DNA of 64,000 nucleotides from Camelus dromedarius (lineage: Eukaryota), in NCBI RefSeq assembly GCF_036321535.1, contig NC_087436.1:83640001-83704000 (forward strand). Reading direction: 5' to 3'. The notes below the pieces were generated by a model. That model saw only the letters and a program-made list of their open reading frames with translations, searched no databases and was not told where the DNA came from. Position numbers and translations under genes: made by a program. Every line of letters starts with the position of its first letter. The first letter of the stretch is position 1. This document shows positions 26,051-40,584 of this stretch, in pieces.

Positions 26051-28353
26051 ACCTATTTTGAAAACAATAAAAAACGCAACTGGAAAGTCAATTACCATAA
26101 TTAGAAGTGATGGGGGATTGATAACATAGGAGTACAGGCAATGAAGTAACCACAGGAAAGGGCTCGTACAGGTTTCAGCAGAGAAAAAGACCAAACTTTC
26201 TAATCACCCATTCTTTAATTACCAAAGACGTGTTTATAGAGGATGATGATAATATATACAAGTGTGCTAAAAATTAAATGAACAACTTGCATTTTATAAA
26301 CAGATGCTCACAGGTTATAAACACATGAATATGTGAGACTAGGGCTTGGCCTTAATCTTTAAAAAGATCAACCATCTACGTTTTTCAATCCAAATGACTA
26401 ATTTTCCAAAAGTAACATTTGGGCTGCAAACCAAACAAAGCTGCTTAGCAGCAGTTAGCAGATAAGATGATGGCAACATTGTAGGCTTATCTGGTTACAC
26501 ATCCTGTTTATGACTACAAATTTAGCTGATCTCATCTAATATTAACTGATGATGTCCAAATACCTAATTACACACACATACATCACAGAACCACAGGTTA
26601 TGACTTAGTGACTTGGTACCATTAACTTAGTGTGTTATTTTTCTGCAAGATTTGAAGGACACCAATAGCAGCTTTAAAACGGCTTTTATACTGTCACTAA
26701 GCAAAAATGTAACATCTCAGAAAGAAGCACACGTGGCAGGCCTTATCATTCAAAATGTAAAACTGATTTATCTCTTTAAGCTTCAGAAATATCTATAATA
26801 TTACTGATTGCCTTATTAACAATGAAACATTTGTTTCAAGGGATAGGATTAATTTATAGATCTATAGACCAAAGGCAAAGGAAGCGGAGATGAAACAGAA
26901 TTTGATCAAAATGGCTTACTCATCAGTAGTAACTGGCAGATTTGTTTTAATTACTGGAGATTAAATTCTCATATTATTGATGTTATTAAATGATGGAAAC
27001 TAAGTGTATACAATGGGTTTAATGCAAAGTGTAAAGAATACTAATAAACAACCAAAAAACAAATCTCAGCTAAAGAATCATTAGGGGGTCTTTAGTCTCT
27101 TCACCAATGTCTAGTTAACAAATTGTTTAAAAATTAACTAACAGAAATGCAAATGTTTAGGTTTTCCTAATATTATTCCCAGCTTCAAATACCTTTTCTC
27201 AAAGGAAATATCACATTCAAAGGAGTCATATAATAATATTGGGGAAGTAAAACATTTACAGTGGAGTTGCTGTTTATGAGGAACCTAGGTTCTCCATGGG
27301 AGGGTGAAAGAAGGGCTCTACCTCGTTTCCTGCTAGCTCCTGTTTCCCATTGCTACGGTTCACTCAGAGGGACAGAACTGTGCTGGGCTTCCAGGTTACC
27401 TTATCTGGCCCCTCTGGCAGCCCGTCAGGAATTCAGATTCTAGTCCATGGCCCAAAAGTGATGGGGGAAGCGCTGGGCAGGTGGCTGGTTGGCCCAGCTG
27501 CAAGGCAGCAGCCAAGGAGAAGGATCCAGCACTCCCCAAGGCAGGTGAAAGGTTAATCCCTGGTGGCAGATTACCTAGGAGGTGGGCAGTGCCAAGGCAA
27601 TCTGAGGTCATAAGATGCGTGTCTGATACAAGTACTAAGATGAATAAGTTGATTTGTATTTAGAAGTTTTATTGGATAAGAAAAAACATTTTCTTTAAAT
27701 ATTAAAAATCATGCTCAACACTGTAAGATGATCATAATATATCTAAGAAGAAAGTGAAAACTAGATAACTTAGGTAAGAAGAATCATGGTTCCCATTTCA
27801 TGTTTCTAAGGAACTCACTTCAGTAAGTGGTATAATGGGAAAAAAGTACGAAACCTGATCTTTCCCTTAACACAACTGTAAGTGCGTTCAGTTAAACGTC
27901 TATGTGTTCCAACACCACTTTACCAGCTGTCTACTATGCACCAGGACTTCTCTAATGGTCTTGCTTAATTAAGCATCAGAGCAAACTCTGTAGGTCCCAT
28001 TTTACAGAAAACTTAACAGAAAAATAATGCAGAGGGTCAAACCTACCAAATAGCAGACATGGACTAAAATAACTTTCTTTTATTATCCCATGTTATCCAA
28101 GCCACTGAAAATCCAGTACCCATTTTAATGATAATCAAAACTTGGGGAAAGCAATTCTTGCTAATCTCTAAGAATAATATTCTTGTACTTTTATCACTTT
28201 GTCTTAGAAACTGCAATATTAGTGGTTTCTTTAAAAAATCATATTTTATATATATAGATAACTTACAGTCTAAATTTTGCCAAATTTTTCATAGAAAAAT
28301 ATTACTGTACCACAGTATATTATAAAAACATTATTATAACATTATTATACAAA

Positions 28354-28750
28354 TGTAGTGGCCTCTGTGGGGTGCTACTCTCATATGCCCCTTCACACTA
28401 GAAGCAGTCATTACTCAGGTGCTCAGAGTGTTGCCTACTTATGGCTCATAGCTGAGTCCCTCCCCTAAGATTACATCACCTCCCTGAATGATGCAGGCAC
28501 AGCTCCCCTCCAATGACTGATGGAGATGAGGTAAATGGACCAACCTCCTTGACTCAATTTAGGATATCCCTCACAGGCCATTCCAACTTCTAAGTAACCC
28601 AGGGACTGAGTGAGGCCTTTGTTACAACTGTATAGCAGTTCAGCTTCTGCCTAATTCTACTTCCCTCAACTCCTTACAGGTGTGGTTCTAAAAAGCACTA
28701 CCCAATAAAACTCTGCCTGAACCCTCAGCTTCAGGGTTTAGAACCTGAAC
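28354..28750 (+). mobile_element. ERVL-type solo LTR (LTR16-like)
   Basis: TG start tgtagtgg..ctgtgg..cccctt; internal cccaataaa polyA signal; GC-richer than flanks. Confidence 0.6.
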
Positions 28751-29029
28751 AATCCAGCCCTATGACAAGAAGAGATACAATAATATTCAAAGTGATATGA
28801 CAAAATGATAGAGAGGAAATTAGAGTTTTAACTGTGTTTATACTAGGGGAAAAAAAGAGACCATAAATAAATAAATACCCAACAAGAGGGGAAAAAACAA
28901 CCCTGAGGGCCTGACAGGAAAATGAACAAAAGACACAAACACATAGAGAGAAAGATACACAAATGGCCCTTAAACGTAAGTAAAGATGCTCAACTTCATT
29001 TATAATAAAATAAATGCAAATTAAAACTA

Positions 29030-30060
29030 TGTTAGCAACAGTCATGAGCAATCTGAAAATAAAATTAAGAAAACAGATTCAGAATGCCATCCAAAAGAAT
29101 ATACACTTAAGAATAGATTTAACAAAAGAAATATGAAACTTGTACTTGGAATATTATAAAACAGTTTTGAAAGAAATTAAAGAAGATGTAAGTAAACAGA
29201 AAGACATCCCATGTTCATAGATTGGAAGACTGAATACTGTTAAGCTGGCAGTACTCTTCAAACTGATCTACAGATTCAACAGAATTCCTGTCAAAATACC
29301 AACTGGCTCTTTTTGCAGAAATTTACAAGATGATCTGACATCTTGAAAAAGAAGAGCAAAGTTGAAAGACAGACACTTTGATTTCAAAATTTACTAAAAA
29401 GCCACAGGAATCATGACAGTGTGGTAATGCCAAAAGGACACACATACAATAGATCAAAGCAATGAAACTGAGAGTCCAGAAATAAACCCTAAAAATACAG
29501 TTAACTGATTTTTGACAGGAGTGCTAAGACAATTCAATGGGGAAAAATAGTATTTTCAACAAACGGTACTAGAACAATTGGACATCCACACGCAAAGGAG
29601 CAGAGCTGGACTCTTTCCTTACACCACACAAAAATTAACTCCAGAGACTTAAATGTAAGAGTTAAAATAATAAAGCTCTTTTTAAAAAAATCTTCATGGG
29701 TTATGCAAAACCTTCTTAGATACAACACCAACATAGTAACTGACAAAAGAAAAAATATACTGGATTTTATCAAAATTAAAAATTTTGTGCTTGAAAGGAC
29801 ACAATCAAGAAAATGAAAAAGTAACTCACAGAATAGGAAAAAATATATGGAAATCCTAAACCTGATCCTAAATATTTAAAGCACTCTTAAAACTCAATAA
29901 CAAAGACAAATAATTCAATTAAAAATGGGCAGAGGATCTGAATAGACATTTTTTCCAAAGATATACAAATGGCCAATAAGCACAGGAAAAGACACTCAAT
30001 GTCTTTAGTCACCAGGGAAGTGCAACAAAGCCACAATGAGGTACCTACTGACCACAGAGA
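29030..30060 (+). mobile_element. L1M ORF2 3'-half fragment within older L1M sequence (about 28850-31000)
   Basis: aaagacatcccatgttcatagattggaagact...aaaatgggcagaggatctgaatagacattt; many stops. Confidence 0.8.
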
Positions 30061-32983
30061 CTCCAAAATTCCTCTGAAAGAGAAAATGTAACAGAAAAAC
30101 CAAAGAGAACAGGAAGGAGGCATACAAACACCAGAAACAAATTCATGTACATGTGGGAGTTAATATGTGGTAAGAGTTGGCATGGTAAACTAGAAGGAAG
30201 ATGTAGTATGCAATGAGTGATTTGGTAACAATTAGATATCTGCTTGAAGAAAAACCAAACTGCATCCATATGTGACATATACAAAAACAAACTCTAGATA
30301 AAGTAAAAAGCTAATCATAAAAAAGCTATAAATACGACAAAAGAAAAAATATGTGTAATAATACCTTTATGGTATTATTGCTAAGGAAGACAACATTATT
30401 AAGAAATATTAGTAAGACCTAAATCTCCATAAACAGAAAGAGGAAGAATTGACACATTAAGTAAATTAAAATTAACAAAATTTAATAAAGCACCATAAAT
30501 AAAGCTAAAAGGTAAACAACAGGAGAAAATGTTTGTAATCTTTATAACAGAAAAAACATTATTTTCGAGAAGACCTAAGGAACCCCCATAAAGCAGTAAG
30601 ACAGATGTACATCAAGAGTCAGGAAGTTCACTGCACCTTTGTGTTAATATCAAAAAATTGACAGCAACCTCAGTGCTCATCAATTGAGGGGTACTTAAGT
30701 TAGAGCAAATCCACACTATTTAATAGTTAAAAGAAAAAGATAAATATTTTGACATTAAAAGTTCTAATAAAACAAAACCATAAAAACAATCAAGCTTCAC
30801 TTGCATCTTGATCCCATTTATATTTAAAATAGATTTATGCCTGTGTTCAAAAAGAAGGACACATACCTACTGGTTACTGATTTTTATCTCTAGGGAGGAG
30901 AGGTTAGAATGGGGGGAACTAATGGTGGGTATTTTTAGTCTATATACCTCTGTATTGTTTGAATATTTTATAACAATAATATAACCCAATCATCTAAATT
31001 TAATAACCCCTAACTGGAAGTACATGTTGAAAACCCGTTAATTAAGAGTCACCTGGAACACCAATCATATATTACTGGTGTATTTCCTTCTATTTCTATG
31101 ATTGGATATTTCATAGCCAATATCATTTTGTATATAAAACTTACAGCCTTTAAAAAATTAATATTATTTCATGAGGATTTCCCCTTATTAGGAAAAAATC
31201 TTCCTCATCTACTGACCATACAGTGTATTCACCTAAGTTATGGAGGAAAGTATTTCCTTTGTCTTTCAGCGGTTCGTGGTAAGAGAATTGTCCTTAAATG
31301 GCAGGCTTTCTACTGATGGTCTTTACAACATTTATGGACTAACTGTGGTCACTGACCTAGCTGTGGTCACAGGAATGGATTATCTAATTTTTTCTTGACT
31401 AAATAGGGGAACTTCAAGTTCAAAATAAACCACCCCTGCCTCTTTGAAATCAATCAGATAAATGAGTATGTAGTAAGTGCTCAATCAACACCACCTATTA
31501 TAAGTACTATTCTATTTCAGTGAGAAAAGTACCTAGCAGTGACTTCTACATCCCTAAGTTTAGAAATACACATCAATTAGTAGATCGCAACAATGTGAAG
31601 GTACTTAATGCCATTGAACTGCATACTAAAAATGGTAAACTTTATTTTATCACAATAAAATTTTTTGAAAAGCTAAACTAATTAATAGAGCATATAATAA
31701 AAACCCATTTCTTATTTGATATCTTAATGGACTAATTGAAGCAGGTTACCAGAAATTCTAGACCAAGCCCAACCCAACAAAAGTCAGCAATGAGGTATGG
31801 ATCCTTATGTTATTACGTAAGTTTCTATTTGCAAACTCATTTTCACCTCTTCTAGAATCTAGGGTTTCAAAATTACTGAATTGTCTTCTACTTACCTTTA
31901 TTTCTTACATGTAGGTAACTCAAGGCTTACTTGGCAGACAGGGGTAAAAAGAACAATTACAGTCTTTTTACTACCAGAGAGCTGGGGAATAAGGTGTCAG
32001 TGGAGCCTGTATTTGAGACCCAAGACCCCAGCATAGCCTATGCAATGACATTATTTAAAATGTAAATCTCTAAGGTTACCAGGGCGAGAGTTACTCGGGG
32101 TAGAACTTCTCTCTACCGCGGGCTGCGCGTGTGTCCCGGAACGCTGCAGTCACTACAGTCTAAGCCAGGGTGTATATTTAGAGTCGTTCTGAGGACTGTA
32201 ACATTATTAGTTCCAGGCAGCTGAATGAGTCTGTAGATTAATGGAGTGGATAAGCAGATATACAATTAAAAAAAAAATTGCTGAGAATTTCTGAGAGCTT
32301 TTAATGTATGAGTGTTCTTTCTTTCTCTCTCCTTATAAGCAGAAGGAACACATTTGATATCAGAGGTGTTAACAGGAGACTTAAAAGCAAAGTCTCTGGT
32401 TTGCAAGGTCATGTTCACATATCAACAATTAAATAGCTTTAAGGAATAGCAGAGAAAATATAAAGCTTTACAAAAGTGACTGTGATACAGCCCCACATAG
32501 GAGACTAGTTTATTTCTAGTCTAGTTATTCCTAGAAAATAAATCAAGTGTAGTTGAGTTTACATTTTTCTCTCACTGATATATTCTGCTTATCATTTTCT
32601 ATTTATTAGCAATGATCTAAACTTTATTGCTATTAAAAAATTACACACTACATCAGACTCCTTTCCCTTTTTGCTCATCAGTGTTTAAGATTAAATTTTT
32701 TAAATATCCTTTTTAGTGGAAGCAAAACTCATTTCCAGAATTTTAAATAAGGTTGTTTGAAACATTACAAATTATGGTTTCACAAAAAGGCTCATCTCCT
32801 GTCCTCAAAATTAGGATGAAAAAAAGGCTAAAATGCCCAAAACCAAGATGGAACTTCTCTGACATAACCTGGTTGATTTTTCAGTCTGAAATATATATCA
32901 GCTTCTATGTCCCAGTGATTTCAGGCAGCTGTAAAGGAAAAGGGGTATGTGATTATAGAAACAGCAAAACGTCACTAACTTAC

Positions 32984-33161
32984 TGAAAGCAATTTGGCCC
33001 AAATACAGTGGCGAGATTGTGAACATTCATGCGGTTCTGCACATGGTGCTTGGCTACTTTTGTCAAGAATTGGCAAAGGTACTTGAGGAGGCAGTAGTGG
33101 GTGTCTGGCAGCTCTTTTATTAAGTCTCTTAAGCTACTCTCCTGAGCATCGTTTCTGTCAT
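32984..33161 (-). CDS. FAM13A: FAM13A coding exon (equivalent to human exon 4): DRNDAQESSLRDLIKELP...NRMNVHNLATVFGPNCF
   Basis: RhoGAP C-terminal motif (NRM..NLA.VFGP). Acceptor ttctttttctttccag|AT, donor TTTCA|gtaagt. 178 nt, phase 1 to 2. Confidence 0.97.
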
Positions 33162-34129
33162 CTGGAAAGAAAAAGAACAAAAAATGTTCTCAGGCACATT
33201 TTACAGCAACCATAACAAAGGCACACGGGTACAACACATTCTAACACTGAACTCAGAAAATTATTCCCACAAACTGAGATGTGCCTTAAAAAGAGGCATT
33301 TGTGCTTTTCATTGATCTCTTATGTTTGACTTCTTTAACGTTGAAGAATTACTCATGTATTCAAGGCATTTGAAAATCACAAGCTTTTTATTTGGTGCAT
33401 AAAATAGGTCTGTATTTCAATTTTGTGTTTTCTTGTCACAAATTAAGATAATGGTTGGGTATTTGTCCATAGTGGAATCGTCCATTTGATTTTTCTCTTC
33501 AAGTTTGTTAAAAACAAGAATCTCTTGGTTGAATAAAATTTGATACACGAGACCTTCCTGGGTCATGATGATCGACACCAAACTTAGTCATCAGCAATCT
33601 GTGCACAAAGGAGATCGAAGGAAAACTAAATTTTTACATCGCTTTTTTAATCTCCCACGTCACAGAGTTAAGATTTGATATGTGCCTTGTACAAAAGCCT
33701 AGTAATCTTGTATAAAATCAAAAATATCCAACAATGTGCCAAAATTTACAGGCAGATGTCTAAAAAGTTTCCTTCAATTCTCAAAGATTTGTTCTGTCAA
33801 TATTTAAATACAGTAAAGTTGCTATCTTAAGTAAATTTGTATACTACTTTCTATCAGGGGAAAATATAAACCTTTTATACCAAATACTTTAGGGGAGTAA
33901 TGACAACTCATCCTTTAAGAGAATGAAAATTTAATCCAGTCATATGTCACACACACTGGATTCTTCAATTAAAAAAGGGCCAGCTACTCTAGCCAGTCAA
34001 GAGTATAAGAAAAGGAAAAGTGAGGCAAAAAATGATGCAAAGGAAGAGGATTCAACAGAGTTACAGGATACATGGGTAGTACGCCACTGCAGGAAGTGAA
34101 AACACAGAACACACACAGAAAGTCACACC

Positions 34130-34380
34130 AAGTGCCACTGAGTGGCTGCAGGGCACTAGGTAAGAATGCAGGGTCGGGAGTCACTTCCTGGGTCAGAATC
34201 TTGGTTCAGCCGCCTATTACCCATGGGACCTTGGACTCCTCACTAAATTCTTTCCTTACTTGTGAATGGTAATGTTCACTGTCCCATAGGGTTGTGATGA
34301 GGATTAAATGAAGTGACAGCTGTAAAGTACTTAAAACAGACTGGCTGACACATACTACGTGCTACATTAGGTATTTGTTA
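34130..34380 (+). mobile_element. MIR
   Basis: cctgggtcagaatcttggttc..gaccttgg..catagggttgtgatgaggattaaatga. Confidence 0.7.
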
Positions 34381-36029
34381 GAAAAACAGAATAACTTCTT
34401 TTGCTTTACCTTCGTTAATTTGGTTTTATAGTCACACTGAGGTTTTAATGAAATGTCTTTTAACATGAACCAATTTCACCTCTACGAACGTTAGACTAAG
34501 TGATGCTGTCAAAAATAGCAATGCCAAAAATGTGCAGATTTCAATCTTTGGTAGAATGGTACTGAAGAACATTCTATTTAAGATTAGAATGATTAATTCT
34601 TACTGATCACAAAAATCTGATACAATAGACTATAATTTTTAGGGCAAAATAGATTTCTTGATTCTAGAAGCTTTTCATATTAGTTTATGTTTAAAAAAGA
34701 AAGAAACCCTATTCAAACACTTTGATAATACACAAAAACATGTGGCATATTGTTTATGGCAGCATAAGTTTCCACTGTACTATGATCTTGCCTAACAAGA
34801 ATACATGAGAAATGGAAATAATTAAGTTTGGCATGATTAAGAATGAACTGAAGACTACCCATTTCTCATAACTTTATAAAGATAGATAAATCTGAACTAA
34901 GAGAAAGTGGACTTCTATTCACATTGTTCTTTTTTTATGGTGACTGGATTTTCATGGGTGTGTGCTCTCTTTTTAAATTGTAGTTTAATTCCCAGCATTT
35001 CAAGATACAAGCAACAGCATTCCAACAGCCCTGCCAACAGACCTCTGGCCTTCTGGCTCTGAAATGAAACCTCAAACCCTATGGCAGGCAATGTGTGATG
35101 ACACCAGATCAAATAAAACAAATATTCAAAACAGTTCTGAATTTTTAACATCTTTAGAAAAGAAGCAGTACTTTGGTCACTTACTTTCAATACTTTGAAA
35201 TACAATGAATAATTTTCCCAGGAAATAAAACCGACAGAAAATGGGAGGGGAGACACATTCAGAGAATCTCTAACTTAAAATAACAGGAGATCCTTAATGG
35301 CATGAATGAAAGAATCACTAAATATGTTCTCAAAAAGCAAAAGTAAATATGAGGGGAAAATATATGTATCTCCTTATACCCAAAAGCATTTCTGCTTCCT
35401 CCAATGGAAGACAGTCATTGGTTCCCTCACTGCCTGAAGGCAGGAGTGTTCTCCACCCCAGTGGCTATGACAGAAGCATATCACATCTGAACCTTAAACA
35501 ATCATAACTTAGACCCTGAATCTTTGTTTCAGCATTTTGACAGTGCAGTAAAGACCTTCCTTTATTAGCATGACATGTCTTCTCACCCTGATTAATTACA
35601 TGCTACCGTCATACTGAGAATCTGCAATCTGCACTGTATTTCCAGAGATACCTGGTAAATATCACCATTATTGCCTGCCTGCAGCCATCCTGCATGTAAG
35701 ATTAATAACTGCTCCACACCCTTTGAGGGGGCCTGGGGAAGAATGCCCTGTGTAGCACTGAGTGGGGGAGTGTGAGTGCCCATGTGCCTAAGATGCCCTT
35801 TTGATGTTTTCTAGAAACAAAGTTCATAATTATTTTATTATTGCTTACGTATTTTTAGATTTCCTGATACCTAAATATGTTAAACACCGCCATCTTCATT
35901 CATGTTCTTGCATTTGTATTGGTTATGACAATGTCTCCCTCAAGGTCTCACATCATAAATAAGAGCCAGCGGTGCTTCTATCTCAGGCGCATTTATTCAT
36001 AATGTATACTTACCACACAGTATGTGTGA

Positions 36030-36985
36030 TACTTATCACCTGCTTTCTTTGTGCTGGACACTAAACTAGGGATATAGCACTGAACCGAACTAACCTCATG
36101 CTTTTATTAAGCGTTCTCTTTGGGAGGAGACAGAAAATAATAAATTCCTAAGACATATGTGAAGTGGTAGCATCAGCGCTGTGAGGAAACACAAAGCAGG
36201 AGAAGAGGGATGTCGGAGAAAGCCTCTTAATAAGGTACTTATCGTGTCGACCTTGTGAAGGTCAGGAAGGCCTCTCTGCTGAGGGACAACTGAGCAGAGC
36301 TGAAGGAAAGCGGGAAGTGCATGCTGGGCAGTGGAAACAGCAGGTGCTAGGGTCCTAAGTAAGTCTGGGGCCAAGTGGTGGTGGGGGAGAGTGGCCGGAA
36401 ATGAAATCAGGAGACAGTGGGGCGGGGGGAACAGGGCAGATCATTACAGTCTTACAAGCCTTGGTTTCCCACACTCTCCAACCAATTAAGGGTTTTGAGC
36501 GGTGGGGAGACTTGAAAGGACCACTCTGGCTGTTGCACTGAATCCAGACTATGGGAGGCACGGTTGAAAGCAGGGAGATTATAGGTGGGGGACCACTGAA
36601 ACAGTCCCAGAAGAGACAGGTCAGTTGACCTAGACCAAGTTGACAGCAGTGAGATGGTGACACATGGGCAGATTCTGGATAGAATTTGAATGTATCTTGT
36701 TTGTTTTACATATGAAGAATTTGTGCGTGGAATATTCATTCAATCATTCCACGCGTAGTTACTGAGTGACTACTCTATGCCAGGCACAGCTCTAAGCACT
36801 AAGGATACATCACTAAACAGAACAGAAATCCCTGCCTTAGTGGAGCTTGTATTTTAGTGGGTGAGACATTAAACAATAAATACAGTAACAGAGGTAGAGG
36901 AAATTGGGAGCACTAGCCAGGGTGAGGGGTGGTGATTGCAATTATAAGTAAGACTTGTCAAGAAGGCCTCATTGAAAATGCATTT
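36030..36985 (-). mobile_element. L2 fragments
   Basis: attcattcaatcattc..actgagtgactactctatgccaggcac..ccctgccttagtggagctt; aaggaccactctggctg. Confidence 0.7.
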
Positions 36986-37133
36986 GGGGGAGGGAATAGC
37001 TCAGTGGTAGAGCACATGCTTGGCATTCACGAGGTCCTGGGTTCAATCCCCAGAACCTCCATCAAAAAATTAATAAGTAAACCTAATTAACATCCTCCCA
37101 CACCAAAAAAATTTAAAAAAAAGGAAATAAAAA
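36986..37133 (+). mobile_element. tRNA-derived SINE (vic-1-like)
   Basis: gggggagggaatagctcagtggtagagc...ctgggttcaatcccca, then aaacctaatta and an A-rich tail. Confidence 0.88.
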
Positions 37134-38324
37134 GAGAAGGCATTGGATGTTTGGAGGCAGTTAAAGTTTAAAAACAAAATCCGCAAACTGGCCAATGTAA
37201 GCTCTTTCAGAGTTAGAGGTTGAGTTTTAAACATCTTTTAAATCCCCTCAATGCCTTGCATATAAAAAATGATCAAGGAATAGTTTTAACAGTTTGATAC
37301 ACAATTAAGACACTTTTAAGACACCAAGATAGACATAAGAGTATAGGAATAAAGAGACATCTGTATCTCAAATACATCTGAAAGTACTGTGGAATAATTT
37401 ATTCCATTTACAGAACTAGCTGGGTCAGAGTGTTATGTAGGAACTGGATTACAGAGAGCATTTAAATAAGAAAATGGATATTTAGTGATCAGAGAGGAAG
37501 GATACTCAGAATAAAATTCCACAGAAAGGCCTCAGAACCAGAAGCGAAATGCACCTCTCCAGATGTACTGAAATATTTTAACTGTTACAAACTTGCAGTT
37601 ATTTCTAGAATTAAACTAGAATAAAAATTAGAATATGTATAATTCATCAGTCCAAAAGGCTTAAGCAAACTTTGAGGATGAACAATGGTTAATAATTGAG
37701 ATAGTCATCATTTTCTTTAACATCAATCTTTTCCTAGGACAAGAATGAACTTTCTCCATTACTGAAAAGCGCCACTTCAAATTATTCAAGTTTCTTGAAA
37801 GATTTCATTCATTGTTAGCTAAATTCGACCCATTTTTCAAGCTAAAATGCAAACCAACAACTAGCACACACTATGCGTGGTCTACAGGTAAACCTGTTCA
37901 GCAGTTGGAGAAGATTATACCATAAAAACGTTTGTTCCAGATGAGGTAACAAATACTGAACCATGCAACAAGTATTTGCCCTCATTAAAAAGAGATTGTG
38001 ATTGTAATCAGCCCGGCTGGCCCTGTATCACAGGATGGCACCTAATTCTAACCTGGACATTTATCCCAGTGCTTTGACTTTTCAGTGCCATAAAGTTATA
38101 CTGTACGACTACATACAATCTTAGCCTCAGGGAGAAAAAAAATAAAGCAACTGGCCAAATGCTAATCTCTACGACTATCTCTCTCAGGGCCACGAGAAGG
38201 TCAGTCATTAAAAGAACCAAAATATTTAGCTTCATGGCGCCAGATTTATTGAAGTCATTTTTTATTTCCTCATGAAGCCTCACACAAGGGTTTATGAAAA
38301 TTTGCTAATCTATCCGATGGAACT

Positions 38325-38646
38325 GTGAGCTGCTGCTGACTCTGAAAATGGAGAGAGGTCACAAGCCTGAGAACGTGGACAGCCTCCAGAAGCTGATAAG
38401 CCAACAGGGAGACAAAGGACCATGGCCCCACAACCACATGGAACTGAAACCAATGACCTGAATGAGACTAGAGGCAGCAAAAACCCAGGCGAATGGACAC
38501 CGGGGTTTTGACCTTGTAAGACCTGAAGGAGACAAAACAGCCGAGCTACACACCTCTCCCAGAGCAACGAAATAGTGTGTGTATGTGATGTTTTAAGCCA
38601 CTAAATTTGTGGTCATCTGTCATAGCAGCAATAGGAATCTAATGCA
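38325..38646 (+). mobile_element. MaLR LTR fragment (MLT1-like)
   Basis: cagcctccagaagctg...ttttaagccactaaatttgtggtcatctgtcatagcagcaataggaatctaatgca. Confidence 0.8.
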
Positions 38647-40584
38647 TCCCCAGTTAGAGATGACTAGGCTGAAACAGACTAATTAACTAACTTGTCCATG
38701 TTCACACAGCCTCCAAGGAGCCGAACTGCAACACAAATGTGGGCAGTCTGACCTCAGAGCAGGTGATTTTGATCAGTGTTCTCCAACAAAGTTAGCTGTT
38801 ATTAATATCATTATTACACAGCACCTAGCACACTGCCTCAGACATGTAAATACTTAAGAAACGTTGCCTGAATCAACAAATAAACCAGCAAAATCAGTGA
38901 ATAGTAGGGGGTGGGAACCTTCATTCATTTATAATAAGGTCCTGGGGTGTATGTGGGGAACAACATTTTAATAAAAGCCTACAAGAATGTTTGGGCACAA
39001 AAAGGTTTTATCAAATATGTAGTAATAATCAAAATATGAGTTATAATTCTTTCTAAATTTACATTAGCAGAAGAATGGAAAAAGTAATCATAAAATGCCA
39101 GCTACCCTAGGTTACACTAGGATTTACCCTCTGCATTTCATTCCCCAGGAGGGGAACCACTTTAGAGTGACGAGCAGCTCACGTACATAATTACATCTTA
39201 TGATTCATAGAATTGGCAGTTTTCCATGTAAAAGGAAAGCTTCTGTTTTTACAGCTCTCACAACCCTTGCCCATGACAAAGTTCTCAAAGGCCTCGAACA
39301 AATTTCTCAAAGGGCAGGATGATAAAGTGACTAATAAAATTTAATAAATGACAGTCTATTCTAAAATGTTATTGGTAAAACTACAAATCTTATCATTGTG
39401 ATTAGCTTCTTCAAGATGCAGGAATGTGTTTACTGCTAAATTAGCCAGTATCTACACAGACACTCCCGCTCCCAGAATGAACCTGCACGTTAGAGAAAAA
39501 GCAAAGGCAAAGGCCACCAGGAGAACAAAGACTTAGGTCATACTTTACACATTTCAGTCCTATAGCAAAAAGCTAACTCCAGATGATACCTAAATACGAG
39601 GTCAGCAAATCTCTTCTGTGGGCATTCACTGAGTGCTAAGTGCTCATCAGTGGGGACAAAGACACAGATAAACATATAAAAAAACACACAAAATAGTCTA
39701 TCTAAATATCAAAACTGGGAGCTCACAGCTAGGATAATACTAGACACAGGCATGTAACAGGTGAAGAACCTGTTTATAATCTGGCAATGTCCGTACACAG
39801 GAGAATGGGGAAAACCATCACAGCATAAAGGAGAGGGAACCTCCCACAACGATGTTAATTTTCAACGATATTGGCAATAGCTCAGCTAATAAAACTTGTC
39901 TTTCTCCACAAATCTAGTGCTCTATTAAGTGGGCAAAGTACATAGGTATGTTGTCTCCATGGAAATTATATTACTAATAGTCTACCTGCCCCCCACTACT
40001 GGTTCAGCTGACACTACTGTTCAGCTCTGAGGTGACTGGACTGAGTCGGTGTCCTATGACTTAAACTATTAAGCCCAGAGTTAAAGACTGTTTGGGGTGT
40101 CTCTTCTTATGCCTTAAGTCTTCAGATTATTTATGGACTCAGTGTAAAAGCTGATTATGTCCATGGGCTCAGCAAAGCAGGTGTTCAGAACACAGCTTCA
40201 GAGTTCAGGTAGAGCTGCAGGTGGCTAGCAAACTCATCATTTGGCATCCCTTCAAACGGATATTCTTTAAACAAATTTTCAAAATTTATTTTATGTGAGT
40301 TGATTCTATTGATATAAGTTGTTTTACTTTTTTTTAAAATAACTCATTTGTTGGCTGTTCTCTCTTTTCCTCTTTCAGCTTAATCTAAACAAGACTCTCC
40401 TCACATAAAAGCATTAGTGAAAAATAGGGAATTTACTGAGGATTTCACTCAGTTCACAACAATTAATTCCCCCAAATCCCCAACAGATATTATCTTCTTT
40501 GCCTTTGAGCTGCTGGGTCTCTCTTTTTCCTCTTCAAGCCTATAATCTTCCTTCTATTACAAACCTCTATTGCCTGTACCATGA

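Noticed and set aside
3300..32900. Next canonical FAM13A exon (VPPGLEGMKEQ...)
   Set aside because: It was not found in the ORF track or by eye, and probably lies beyond position 1.
36986..37060. tRNA-Ala-like sequence (also at about 9585-9655 and 12240-12310)
   Set aside because: All three have substitutions in the tRNA-like part, a shared non-tRNA body and A-rich tails, and two have recognisable TSDs. They are SINEs, not tRNA genes.
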